Source: Eledone cirrhosa | Lineage: Eukaryota | Assembly: GCA_964016885.1 (NCBI GenBank) | Contig: OZ024745.1 | Coordinates: 81,592,001-81,656,000 of the forward strand | Length of the DNA stretch: 64,000 bases | Direction of reading: 5' to 3' | Shown here: in pieces, positions 1 to 13,277 of the stretch | Numbering within the stretch: the stretch's first letter is position 1 | Layout: each line of letters opens with the position of its first letter | Notes under the pieces: model-generated | What the model was told of the DNA's origin: nothing | The model's database searches: none | What the model saw: only the letters and a program-made list of their open reading frames with translations | Program-made: the position numbers and the translations under genes

Positions 1-59
1 TAATAATAACAACAACAACAACAACAATGATGACAACAATAATAAAAAAAAAGAAAAGG

Positions 60-240
60 AAACAAAAGAAAAAAGAATAGGAACATATAGAGAAAAAGAA
101 CGGGAAGGGGACAGGATGGCTAGAACTCTAGTGTCGCAGAAGAGAGGGGGTGAAGGGAAAGGTGATTGGGCTTTGGGCCTAGGGGCATAGGGGCTGTTCC
201 CCGGACAATTGCCAGTGACACCCACTGCAACAGCTGTCTT
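60..240 (-). mobile_element. 3' fragment of the CRE-like retroelement family also at 43590-43990
   Basis: reverse complement gtgtcactggcaattgtccggggaac...ccctaggcc aligns by eye with gtgtcactggacattgtccatgggaat...ccctaggcc at 43760-43840. Confidence 0.5.
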
Positions 241-2017
241 ACAAATCTCGTTCAACTGATTGATTTAGTATTTAAGCATCCATGTTCTTGTTGTTCTTGT
301 TGTTTTTTAGCTCCAGATCAGCATTGATCGAACTATCCTATGATCAAAGGCGTTCCAGCATTGAATATCATAATTTCGTATTATTTTCTATCAAGTATAA
401 TTTATCCAGGGCTACATTATTTAATATTTCCCTTTAAAACTGTTGAGAGTGGCTTTTTCTTGTTATTCTATCACGTAGAATGATCGCATAAAAGGTTTCT
501 TCGTTGGTTTGTACAGTGATTCTTCCATACATCTACATTGTATTAGTTCATAAGATATTCAGTAGCTACTTTTTAATTTTGTATGGTGAAAAGATTGAAG
601 ATTAATATATATCGCCAAAGATCTACCAACTCTAAACAAGACTACAAATATTTAACACAAACATTACCAACCTGTGAGAGAGAGGTCATTGTAAAGCTGG
701 TCTTTAAATTTTTTTACTAAGATTGGAGATACAATATATATTATCAAAGATCTTCCAGATATAAACAAGATTTTTAAGTACATGTTGGCTACGAAAATAT
801 TAAACAGAAACTTTTAGCTGCTTTATAGCTTCACTTGCTTTCCACTTTTTAAAATCTTTTTCATGCTTCATTTGACTTCCGTTGGCCTTCCCTTTTTTTT
901 TTACCTCCCCGTCTATCTTGTTTTTGTTTCTTAACTATAAGGAGTATTAGATACTTCCTCTACTCTGTCATTGCTTACTAGCTCTATTAGGACGTTTAAA
1001 TTAATGAATGAATGAATTAATTAATTAAATCTAGTTTAAGGTGTAGTGAGATATAGTAACCTTTCGTCCACGATAACTTATCTATTTCGGTCATTATCCG
1101 GTTTACGAGACAGAGAACTATACTTATTTTATAAGATAACTCTGCTCATCAGAACTGTTGTTACAGGAAACTTTAACAGTCTCTCTATACTTTTGAGAAT
1201 AATTATTTTTTCCTCACCAATGAATATATTTTATACACTAATTTCTAATCTTGTCGGCCCACTGACCCTATGTGAGACTCTATAGACTCATTCTTTATTA
1301 CTTGTTCTGCTTCGTTTCCTATTTTTAAGTATTTGATGCGAAAACTACCAGCAATTCTCAATATGTTCAAATACAGCAAAAGCGTGATGCGGTATCAAAT
1401 TATTTACTCTATATCGTCTTTGGTGACTAATAACGCAGTTAGTTACCAGCTTCCAACCGGCAAATAAAAACGTTCACTGGATTTCCTAACTGGACGAAAC
1501 AAATGCCACACAGTATATTCTATTCGTAGGACACAGCAACCGAGGTGGCCCAATAATTGCACCAGTTCACGCCTATACAACACCTTTTGTGAGGAAACTG
1601 CGGCAGTTGTAATATTTCATCTCGCAAGTGCACGTTATACCCTGATCTCGGCTACGAAAGGTCCCCTATCTAATTGTGGTTCCAAGTATTCCAAGCTGAG
1701 TTCCATTCTGTTATTTATTTGTGGGTTGAGTCTACATTTGAGCAAGGCTTCCTTTATTCTTAAATTGCCCACATTTCTCTCTCTGGTTTCAATAGTGACT
1801 GCTATATTTTTGTTGGTGTTTCTGCATTTGTCAATGTGTTTTTTTTAATGCATGTGTGTTGAGGTGTTCTTTAATGCAGGTGTAATGAACACCTCAATAT
1901 ACAAAGAAACAGCAACAAAAACAAACAAAGATTACCAGATAAATAAATATTTCGTTACCGTCATCTTATCATCCATTTTGTTTTGTTTAGCTGTTTAGCC
2001 TTATATCACTTTCCACA

Positions 2018-2201
<184 letters not shown>

Positions 2202-2411
2202 CGTTTCTGAATTTGTTTAGCAAGATTCTTTATCTGAAAACGTGTGTTGAAACCGATATTGTTATACTATGGGAGGGTCATGTTGCCAATAAGAAACACA
2301 CGCACCAGTTGCTTTCACTTCAATTTATTATAAATTAAATTTCTAAATTCAGGAATTTATAAATTTCCGGTTGGTTGGTTGGTTCCACAACCAAACGATT
2401 GTTCATATATT

Positions 2412-2454
2412 GTCAAAGTTCTTTCGTCACACATTCTGTGACCTCTTCAGTGAC
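2412..2454 (-). ncRNA. minimal type I hammerhead ribozyme motif
   Basis: GTCA-CTGAAGA-G-GTCACA(GAATG)TGTGAC-GAAA-GAAC-TT-TGAC. Confidence 0.75.
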
Positions 2455-2645
2455 TGGGGATTCTTTTCTTTGTTTTTGTGCCTCTCCTTTGTTCTGTCCT
2501 ACGCCATCTTTTGGCGTAGGGTCATGTTGCCAATAAGAAACACACGCACCAGTTGCTTTCACTTCAATTTATTATAATAAATTTATAAATTTATAAATTT
2601 CTGGTTGGTTGGTTGGTTCCACAACCAGATAGTTGTTTATATATT

Positions 2646-2688
2646 GTCATAGTTCTTTCGTCACACACTCTGTGACCTCTTCAGTGAC
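2646..2688 (-). ncRNA. minimal type I hammerhead ribozyme motif
   Basis: GTCA-CTGAAGA-G-GTCACA(GAGTG)TGTGAC-GAAA-GAAC-TA-TGAC; CUA cleavage triplet. Confidence 0.78.
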
Positions 2689-2797
2689 TGGGGATTCTTT
2701 TCTTTGTTTTTGTGCCTCTCCTTTGTTCTGTCCTACGCCAAAAGATGGCGTAGGACAGAACAAAGGAGAGGCACAAAAACAAAGAAAAGAATCCCCA

Positions 2798-2840
2798 GTC
2801 ACTGAAGAGGTCACAGAATGTCTGACGAAAGAACTTTGAC
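2798..2840 (+). ncRNA. minimal type I hammerhead ribozyme motif
   Basis: inverted copy of the above, with one stem II mismatch. Confidence 0.7.
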
Positions 2841-3439
2841 AATATATGAACAATCGTCTGGTTGTGGCACCAACCAACCAACCGGAAATTTATAAATTCC
2901 TAAATTTATAAATTTAATTTATAATAAATTGAAGTGAAAGCAACTGGTGCGTGTGTTTCTTATTGGCAACATGACCCTCCCAAAGTATAACAATATATAT
3001 ATATATATAAGGAGGAGGTTATAGTTCACTTGAAGCATTGTGTAATGAGGTATAAACGTTTGAATATGTATAATAAAGCCAAAACAATGCAGGTATGGAC
3101 ATAGGAAAAAGAATGCAATTGCAAAAGATATTGTTGACAAATCGTCTTTTACCTTAGATTTATTTAAATGTCCTTCATTTTCGAGATAATATCTCTTCTT
3201 CAGAGGGAAATAAAGGTCTCAAACCAGCGTTCTAAATATCCTGCCAAGCCATGCTGACAGGAAATAGTATAGAGTATCTATTCTATATCTAATGTCAAAG
3301 AGTTAAAATTAGGGGGATAAAGAGTAGTCTCCCTTTAAAAGGGGTTTGTTTAGGGGGGGGGGGTTAAGACGGTACCAACACCGAACCTAGCGGCGCCCCG
3401 ACCAACAACACACCTGACGCAAAACACCCCGTCACAGAC

Positions 3440-5150
3440 TTGACAGGATCCCTCTCCCGAGAGGAATTATACCTCCTCAGCCTGGGTCCCAAGTTCATAT
3501 TGAAACAGAAACTGGACGACAAATTATGGCTCGACATAGAAACGAATTTCTGTCGGGCTGCCTACCAACTAAAATGGATATCGACTCTCGACAACAACAC
3601 CACGGAATCCATCAAACCCAGATTCCCGATATACCAACTAGATCGCCCACTCTGTCCACCGCCTGCCAACCGCGAGCTTGAAGAAAAACTCTCGAGACTA
3701 AAACATTCCGTATTTAACATCTTACGGAAACAGAAGAAGATAGCCCCAAACCTCTCCAGGACACAACAACTCGCCCTGAAGAACCTACGGAATAGGGAAA
3801 CTTATATACTTACCATCCGACAAAGGTAAAGAGTTTTGCGTCATTTCTCAAGCCACATACAATAACCTAGTCTTTGAACACCTAAGCGACAATGAATTAT
3901 ACACAGAGATCCCGGACATGACTGCAGCCCAGATCGAAAAACAGACCAACTCCATTTGGTTCGATATCTGTAGGAGAAGACAACTCCCAAATAAAGTTAA
4001 GCTCAACTACACCACTAGAAATAGCAGACTGCCCACTTTCTACCACCTCATCAAGACCCACAAGAATAGTACTAAGACGCAAATAAGACCCATCGTCTCT
4101 AGCATAGAAAGACCCCTATACAAAATTTCCTTGATCCTCTCCCAGGTCCTCAAGTCTCTACTCTCCACCTTTCCCGGGCATGTCAGTAGCTCCGACGAAG
4201 TTATACATAGACTACACCAACTCCAGCCAGAACAACTTAAACTAAATAAATACGCTTTTAGCCTAGACGTTGTCTCCCTCTACACTACAGTCCCCGCTCT
4301 TCCAGCTGTCGATTTATTGACGGACTGCGTGGTCGCAGAGGACATCCACTGCTACGGCCTCCACCCGACGGACATACACCAGCTTTTGTCCTTCACAGTA
4401 GACAACACGTACTTCACCTTCCACCACCACACATACAGACAACAGGTTACCCATGGGATCCAGCCTATCGGGCCTGCTGGCCATCACCTACATGAACCAG
4501 CTAGAATGCCGAGCCCTCAACACCTGCCACTCCCATGCCTTCTTCACCCGATATGTAGATGACATACTCATCCTTACATCATCCCGTGAGGAGGCAGATA
4601 AAATATACACAACATTCTCCAGCATGGACGCCAGTATAAAGTTCAGCATGGAACACCCCGATGACCGCGGATCCCTATCCCTACTGGACTTCCAACTCAG
4701 GGTAACAGAGGAAGGCAACATCCACACCTGCTTCTATAAAAAAAGCCGCCAGCAGGGACCTGTTCGTACATTTCAGATCGGCCCTCCCACTCGGTGCCAA
4801 GTTCGGATACATAAGGAACGAATTGGCACGTATCCGGAACAAATGCACCGACGCTAGAGACCGAGACACACACACCACACATTTCTTGGAAGTACTCAAA
4901 CTGAACGGATACACGACATCCACCATAAACCGTGCCAGAAAGAACAGAGGACACAACAACCGAGGCACTAACACTTGCTTCCTGAAGCTCCCACACTTCA
5001 GTGAAGAAACAACAAAAGAACACCTCAATACTAACGCTTCCTCATTTAAGAAACACCTAGTTAAATGCAAAAACACCGACAAAACCATAACAGTTAGGAT
5101 AGAAACTAAGGAAAGAAACCTCGGCAATCTTAGAATTAAGGAAGCACTAA
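3440..5150 (+). pseudogene. frameshifted PLE reverse transcriptase / partial GIY-YIG ORF (C-terminus resumes at 7346-7410)
   Basis: LSLGPKF, PSDKG, LPTFYHLIKTHK, RPIVS, SLDVVSLYT, PMGSSLS, RYVDD, LLDF across four frame segments; EH..KHL..C..EALI endonuclease tail present, GIY/YIG core absent. Confidence 0.92.
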
Positions 5151-6908
5151 TCTATATATATAAAACTGAGGTTGTCTGTCTGTCTACTAAAACCTTCGGC
5201 ACACATCTCCTCTTAAACCGTACGTTCAAATTTCGGTGAAATTGCTACACTTATAGATGAAGGTCCGGCGGAACCATCGGTCCAAATAAATTTTCAAATA
5301 AGTTCTTGTTTTTGATTATGTCATCTATATATATAAAACTGAGGTTGTCTGTCTGTCTACTAAAACCTTCGACACACATCTCCTCTTAAACCGTACGTTC
5401 AAATTTCGGTGAAATTGCTACACTTATAGATGAAGGTCCGGCGGCACCATCGGTCAAATATATTTTCAAATAACTTCTTGTTTTTGATTATGTCATCTCT
5501 ATATATATAAAACTGAGGTTGTCTGTTGTCTACTAAAACCTTCGGCACACATCTCCTCTTAAACCGTACGTTCAAATTTCGGTGAAATTGCTACGCTTAT
5601 AGATGAAGGTCCGGCGGAACCATCGGTCAAATAAATTTTCAAATAAGTTCTTGTTTTTGATTATGTCATCTATCTATATATATATAAAACTGAGGTTGTC
5701 TGTCTGTCTACTAAAACCTTCGGCACACATCTCCTCTTAAACCGTACGTTCAAATTTCGGTGAAATTGCTACACTTATAGATGAAGGTCCGGCGGAACCA
5801 TCGGTCAAATAAATTTTCAAATAAGTTCTTGTTTTTGATTATGTCATCTATATATATAAAACTGAGGTTGTCTGTCTGTCTGTCTACTAAAACCTTCGGC
5901 ACACATCTCCTCTTAAACCGTACGTTCAAATTTCGGTGAAATTGCTACACTTATAGATGAAGGTCCGGCGGAACTATCGGTCAAATAAATTTTCAAATAA
6001 GTTCTTGTTTTTGATTATGTCATCTATATATATAAAGCTGTGGTTGTCTGTCTGTCTATCGATTTTTGGCACACATCTCCTCTTAGAATCTCTGACGGAA
6101 TTGCACCGAAATTGCTATACTTGTACATTGAGCCCTAGCGAAGACATCGGAAAAAAATATTTCAAATTGACCCACCCTATGTGACGAAATCGAATCTAAT
6201 GTATCGATTTTTGAGCGTAAGTGACGAGTTATTTCCCTTTGTTCTATATATATAAAGCTGTGGTTGTCTGTCTGTCTATCGATTTTTGGCACACATCTCC
6301 TCTTAGAATCTCTGACGGAATTGCACCGAAATTGCTATACTTGTACATTGAGCCCTAGCGAAGACATCGGAAAAAAATATTTCAAATTGACCCACCCTAT
6401 GTGACGAAATCGAATCTAATGTATCGATTTTTGAGCGTAAGTGACGAGTTATTTCCCTTTGTTCTATATATATATAAAGCTGTGGTTGTCTGTCTGTCTA
6501 TCGATTTTTGGCACACATCTCCTCTTAGAATCTCTGACGGAATTGCACCGAAATTGCTATACTTGTACATTGAGCCCTAGCGAAGACATCGGAAAAAAAA
6601 TATTTCAAATTGGCCCACCCTATGTGACGAAATCGAATCTAATGTATCGATTTTTGAGCGTAAGTGACGAGTTATTTCCCTTTGTTCTATATATATAAAG
6701 CTGTGGTTGTCTGTCTGTCTATCGATTTTTGGCACACATCTCCTCTTAGAATCTCTGACGGAATTGCACCGAAATTGCTATACTTGTACATTGAGCCCTA
6801 GCGAAGACATCGGAAAAAAAATATTTCAAATTGACCCACCCTATGTGACGAAATCGAATCTAATGTATCGATTTTTGAGCGTAAGTGACGAGTTATTTCC
6901 CTTTGTTC
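5151..6908 (+). repeat. tandem array: 5 x ~173-178 bp unit A then 4 x ~220 bp unit B
   Basis: unit starts at about 5151, 5324, 5496, 5669, 5847 (A) and 6023, 6243, 6463, 6686 (B); each begins TC then a short TA run. Confidence 0.95.
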
Positions 6909-7345
6909 TGTTTACATTGAGCGTCTTACGTTCTGTTTACATTTTCTGCGTGCAAAAATTAAAAAAATTACGCTGGCTTTCTCAGCGTTTAAAATGACAT
7001 TAACACAATACACGAACAGTTGTCGAGCCAGCAAAATTTTGACCTGCAAAATTCATCAGTTCGAACACTAAGCTTCCGTTTTGCTTCATTTCCATTTAAA
7101 AGCCTTTTAAAACAATATTTTTACTTGAAAACAAGTCTATTTAAAGACTACGTAAAACAAGCAAATATTTCGTAAAAAAAAGCAAAAATTATATAAGTTT
7201 ATTTAAAATATATGTATCTGTAAATTTCGTTAGGCGTGCAGACAGACAGTCGTGCAGACAGACTTTAAGCCAAAAAAGAAACTTAACATTGTAACTTTAA
7301 CACAGCTACTGAGCGACCCCGAGCAACGCCGGGCTTTACTGCTAG
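5151..7345 (+). mobile_element. non-autonomous Helitron with tandemly repeated 5' termini
   Basis: starts TC(TATATATATAAAA), ends with CCCGAGCAACGCCGGG hairpin then CTAG; inserted between A and T with no TSD; removing it restores the PLE frame EALIIDKTQPPINNRLE. Confidence 0.93.
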
Positions 7346-8696
7346 TTATAGATAAAACACAACCACCAATCAATAATAGACTAGAACTCAACACCCAATT
7401 TATAATCTGATAGGGTTTCTAGCCCCATATTTACACACCCCGCACACAAACACACGCTTACACCTCCACTTATTCTCTCTCACACATACACACACAAAAC
7501 CAGTTCTAACACCAGATAACACCTATCCCCCACATTTACGAATAGACTTACCTTCTCACACTCACACACACACACTCACATACTTACACCTTCATGCATT
7601 CTCCCACATACTTAAACAGGCATGTATATAAATTTTAAAAAAACCCTAAACAAACCCCTTTTAAAGGGAGACTACTCTTTATCCACCTAATTTTAACTCT
7701 TTGACATTAGAGATAGAACAGATACTCTATACTATTTCCTGTCAGCATGGCTTGGCAAGATATTTAGAACGCTGGTTTGAGACCTTTATTTCCCTCTGAA
7801 GAAGAGATATTATCTCGAAAATGAAGGACATTTAAATAAATCTAAGGTAAAAGACGATTTGTCAACAATATCTTTTGCAATTGCATTCTTTTTTCTATGT
7901 CCATACCTGCATTGTTTTGGCTTTATTATACATATTCAAACGTTTATATATATATACACACATATTATTGGATGACCGTTGACTACCATGTGTTTCTCGA
8001 CCTTTAGATGTGTTTTACTTTTCATTCCGCGGGATATCCAAATATCTCCCCTTTCTTTACGATTAACCCATGTGGTGAGGTTTCAGAAGGATTCAGTGAA
8101 TTTAAAAACTCTATGGAGTAATACCCATATATTCAGAATCTCTGCTAATGTTGCAGACAAGTACATCTGTGGATGTTATATTTAAAAGAAGCTTTAAACC
8201 TGGAATGAACAGTTCCTCCACCTGTCAAAAATGTTGCAGTTATAACAGAGAAAGCTGCAGTAGGGTCATTACATGTTGACTTCCGACTTTGGTTAAGGTC
8301 AAGTTGATAACATATATTTTTTGTTTTGTTTGTTTTGTTTTTAGTTGCTCCAAGTGATATCTATTCTCTGAAAAATAATTTCGGGTTTCTTTGCAGACAC
8401 ACACACACTCACACAAATAAAATAAAATATTCTTTAACCTAGCATCAATTTTTGGCTCAATTTATTTAACATAGATATCGATGCTATATTATGTTTCTCT
8501 ACCATTTTACAACTAATTTGGTTTTCAAGTTGTCTTTTAGATGATTTCACGAAAATATTTCCTCCACTTGTGACATATTTGCAATGAAGTCGAATTGGGT
8601 GTCGGCCGAGCTAATTCTTGTTTAATGTAAGATATTTTCTGACAAATTCTTTGTTTTTCGCACTGATGCATTTGACTGGGTGAATTGCACGAGAAT

Positions 8697-9906
8697 ATCA
8701 TCATCATCATCATCATCATCATCAACGTTTAACGTCCGTGTTCCACGCTTGCATGGGTTTGGACGGGGGTTTTCCCACTTGAGGCAAGAGTGATTGTCTT
8801 GCTCGCATAGGACTGTCTGGCGGGTTTTCTACAGTTGGATGCCCTTCCTAACACCAACCACATTTACAGTGTGGGTCTGGGAGGTTTTTACCATGTTGCT
8901 TACACGGCCACATTACAGCGTGGACTGTGTGTTTTTTTTTGTCGTGACACCTACACGATCTCATTTGTTTCGGCCTGGATGGTGTGGCACCAACATAACT
9001 TTACATAGAAGGGGGCGGTGTGGATGGGGTGGGGGTGGTGGGACGGGGGTGTATTTCGTTAGAGGTGCCTACTGACTGTAGGTTTTGCTTTGTACTTAGG
9101 CAAAGCGGGTGTTCTGTATAACTGTGTAACGCCAAAGCTCTCGGTCCAGTGACATTGTCTTGGAGAGGTGTAAGTGTGTGAGGTCGGAGTTTATCAGCTC
9201 GTCCCAGGTTTTTCTAGGTCTGCCTATTCCGTAGCTACCGTCTATCTTTATTGCCCTGCACTTTGTTATACAGCTATCGACTTTCATGCGCATCACGTGT
9301 CCATACCAACGTAGCCTTCTCTCGAGTAAACAACATTTGATCCCTCTTATTTCTAATTTTTTTCTTTAGTTCGTTTATGCTTTGCCGTTCACGTATATTA
9401 CTATTACACATCCAGCGGAGCATGCAAGCTTCGTTCCTCTCTAGTCTGCGTATATCCTCTGCACACAATGCCCAGGTCTCACTGCCATGCAACATTACTG
9501 TTCGTATGCAGGCATCATACAACCTGCCTTTCGTTTTTAGGGAGAACCCTTTAGCGGCTAATAGTGGTATAAGCTCTCTGAACTTTTTCCATCCAGTTCT
9601 GACTCTAGCTACTGTACTTTCAGAGCACCCTCCCCCACTGCTGATTTTGTCACCCAGGTAACGGAAGCTGTCCACTATTTCTATAGAGCCCTCTGCGCAG
9701 TTGAAAGAGCTAGTATTTTGTGGGCACTTGCTGCTACTTATTGCACCAGAGCACCGGCCACATGTGAAATCTATGTTCTTAGTTAGCTTACCTGTTAGAT
9801 CCCACTACATCTTTTATGCACCCATACTTTGCATTTCTGACACAAAATGGAGTTTCTACCTACGCCTTTCCTACACACTGAGCATGGCCACTTCCCGGAA
9901 GGGACC
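8697..9906 (-). mobile_element. RTE-clade LINE, 5'-truncated, PHD finger in RT, (GAT)n tail
   Basis: WPCSVCRKGVGRNSILCQKCKVWVHKRCSG..FTCGRC then VDSFRYLG, ARVRTGWKKF, LHGSETW, GRPRKTW; tail 8697-8724. Confidence 0.92.
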
Positions 9907-10066
9907 ACCGCCTTATTTTCTTTCCTACAAACTAGAACTTTGGTCTTAGCCAGATTAATTTTAAGGTCTTTTGATTCTAGGCCGTGCTTCCATGTTTGGA
10001 ATTTCTTCTGAGGTTGGAAATTAGGAAATACTGGAATTTTTTAGTGTCTTATTCCGGTGGTAATCA

Positions 10067-10257
10067 CAGACTGCCAACCTCTAAAAATCCAAACGGAGAG
10101 TACCATGAAAAAAGTGCCACAAAACGGGGAGAATTGAGGCAAAATAGGGAGATTTTACGCAATGAAAACTATACCCATTTTCACAAGAGAAGAAATCTCT
10201 CACCCGCCAAAGTGGGTGGGAGATCTCTCCGTCGGACGAGGAGGGTTGACAGGTCTG
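10067..10257. mobile_element. MITE, hAT-like termini
   Basis: imperfect TIRs CAGACTGCCAACCT / AGGGTTGACAGGTCTG; no clean TSD. Confidence 0.55.
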
Positions 10258-10929
10258 GTTTATAGACAGAGATTCTGGTTCCAGTTTGAAATTTCTCATT
10301 CCTGATACACTTGCAGTCATCGCTGAAATCAGGTGTAATAACATTAGTTTCATACAAAATATCAAGTGTATGCGACCATTGGTGTTTAACGTAGGAAAGT
10401 CTCAGGTGCATCTGACTCTATAGAAGTCGTAGCGACATTGGAGAAAAAAAACATCAAGATTTCGGTGGCCAAACAGATAGAGTATTGGTTGACCTGTTTA
10501 GAAGACATTTGTTCAAAAACACTGCGGACGTGTCATTGTGTTTCTGAATATAATATTAATATATTTTTTTCTAATTTGTTTCAGTTCACCTCTTTCTTGG
10601 AAGTACGTACAAGTTCATCCGGAGATATTTCCCCAGATAAACTTGTCTCCTAGGAGCCCATCTCCACTCCAGGACTGAACACAGCAGTTTTTTTTCCTGA
10701 GAAGAATATAGAGTAATAGACAGGAAATGAGAAAGATATATAGAGAAAGAATCGATCCCACTACTATACTAATACTTTATTTTATCGATCTTGAAAGGAT
10801 GATAGGGAAAGTTAACCTCAGCGGGATTTGAACTCAGAGCAGGGAACCGGAACGAATACTGCAAAGCAATCTATCCGACGTTCTAACGGCATTTAGTTCG
10901 GCACTTTACCATTTCTCTCAACTTACTGC

Positions 10930-11120
10930 CTTTCATTGGCAGTATCGGTAGAGGGTCGGGCGTCATGCTTTGAAGCATAGAGTTACCTCCCTTTGTGATC
11001 TGAATTCAAATCCCGCCGAGGTTAACTTTGCCTTTCATCCTTACGGGGTCGATAAAATAAAGTACCAGTAATGCACTGGGATAATTGCTGGCCTGGTGCC
11101 AAAAGTAGAAACAATTATAA
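10930..11120 (+). mobile_element. tRNA-derived SINE family 1 (conserved central core, AAT-rich tail)
   Basis: TGGCAGTATCGG A-box-like, (G)TTCAAATCC B-box-like, core GCCTTTCATCCTTACGGGGTCGATAAAATAAAGTACC; an oppositely oriented copy lies at about 10750-10880. Confidence 0.85.
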
Positions 11121-12959
11121 TTAAATATTAACTGTCAAAGAGTGTATGTAATTTTTAATCCTAGGAACAAAAAAAATTCTCAATATAAAAATAAAAAAAT
11201 GAAATAAAATGACACACGTATATTTTCTTCATAACTGCGCAGGGTTACTTCGTAACACACCCTAAATACACATCTGAAAATTACTGAGCCCACACACAGT
11301 GACTCTCAACTTGACTTATATATCAAGCTTCTCATTTATATTAGAGACTTCTGGGGTTTGTCCAACATTCTTAATGCGTTCAATGGTTAGAAACATGCAA
11401 ATATATATATAGCTGGTTGATGAGACGCTTAAGGAGATTTTGAGCGGTCCACGGGGAGTAACTGTGAGACAGAAACTATACAGAATTGGAACCTCTATGT
11501 GTGTATTGGGAATATTGTCACAGTTGGCTTCAGAAACAAGGATATTCTTTTAGAGGCAGTTATTTTATCTTATTTTAATTCTTTCAGAGAATGGTACAGG
11601 CTCAAATATATGCACAATTCTTCACAAGAAGTTTTTGTTCGTTTCGGAATATTTAGGGAATGTTGAATTAACGATATTTAAATTGATCCTCGTGTCTGAT
11701 CTCTTGGCGTCAGGTAGCATATAGGAAATGGGTTTGTTTTGAAAGAAAATTGGGTGGTCACAAATAAAATATTTGTATATGAAAATGGATATGGCAATGT
11801 ATTTCTTATTCGCATACATTTTGCTATTAGAATTCTTTAACCGACCGTGAACACTATAAACCTCTGTTCTTATTATTAAACCAAATTTTGTCCTGAATTA
11901 TGGAACTATTGAACCAATTTTATTGCGAAATTCACACGTTAAAATGATCCAAGTGGTAAAAGTCAAAAATGCACATTGACTGATATTTGAATATTTCATC
12001 TAGTTAGTGTCGAGCTGTGATATGAAAATCAAATATCAAAACACAGCTGATTTGGTTTATTTCTAAGTTACTTCTTTGCACAAATACCGAACTATTGTCC
12101 CCCCGGTTGGCAAAATAAACCATACGACCACAGGCATTGACCTCTGACCTCGGGAAATAAGAATAGATGAGCGATTTCATATGTCCGGTATCCGGCGTGA
12201 TTTACTTCCTTTGTTTTGGGGACTCTTGTCACAAGACTGTCTGGAAAAATACAGTTGTTTTCTAGGGCCAACTGCTTAATGTCGACGACAACAGGATTCT
12301 CATAAAACTTCTGCTCCCTGTTGTCCAGTTCAGTCTGTTCCAGCCACCAGAACATTGTAGTTGCCAACAGATACACACTTCGACCTGTCGGGTCGGCTCT
12401 TTCGGCCAACGAACCGAGACAGCCATACATAGTCTCGGTCAATTTCAACAAAGGTTAGTTCTATGCCTCTTTTCAGATTATTATAATATTCACGCAAAAC
12501 CAATCACACAAATACAACACACTATTACACTTTTCCTGTGTTGTCAAAATAACTTCGACGAAATAAAAATTATTAAAGTAGCGGTGTTTGTTATTGTTCA
12601 TTAAATATTGCTAATGGCAGCTTTACTTTCAACCTTCAACCCTGAACTATGGCAACGAATACAGCCACACATCTGAGACACACACAATTCATTTACCAGA
12701 AATCACTAACTACACACACAGATTTTTACTGGTTTTAGTCATTAGATTGTAGTCATGCTAAGAAACCGCCTTCATTTAGTCGATCATTTCGACCCCAGCA
12801 CTTATTTTTTTTTAGGCCTGGTACTTATATTATAAACAGACTTACAAACGTAAACATAGACAAACACACATACACAAAGACACACACACACACGTATATT
12901 AGGCTTCTGCAGTTTCTGTGTACCAAATTCTACTCACAAGGCATCGGTCAACCGCCACC

Positions 12960-12993
<34 letters not shown>

Positions 12994-13277
12994 TCATTAC
13001 TATTATTGCTCTTGTTTGCTTTCCACGTGTTAGCACGTTGGCTGACATAAGTTTCTTGTTTTCCGTTTATTTACAATACACATATTGCAGTTTTATCATC
13101 AACAACAACGACAACAGCAGCAACAAGAACAATAAGGGTGTAGACAATTCAGCAAGGCAACCAGCCAGTCAATTAGCTTTACCATCAAAACCAAGGCAAC
13201 AAATGACAACTAAAATACCACCATTAACACTACAATCACTGCCTCAACATGTAAAAGAACTTTATTAGCACAAAACA

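Larger units (their letters stand above)
3010..7947 (+). mobile_element. Penelope-like retroelement, 5'-truncated, with ~300 bp inverted pseudo-LTRs (3051-3356 / 7640-7947), interrupted by a Helitron
   Basis: the two arms are near-perfect reverse complements; PLE RT lies between them; TA-microsatellite flanks; degenerate hammerhead (CTGAAGA-A-GAGATATTATCTC-GAAA) at 7791-7828 and 3171-3208. Confidence 0.92.

Noticed and set aside
1380-1560. hAT transposase relic (LVTNNAVSY resembling VTDNA)
   Set aside because: Single weak motif, stops nearby, no TIRs or further motifs.
2633-2881. Mirror-image ORFs on both strands
   Set aside because: A consequence of the pseudo-LTR palindrome, not coding.
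12092-12451. 119 aa minus-strand ORF as a gene
   Set aside because: TTG start, no recognisable domain, no convincing splice context.
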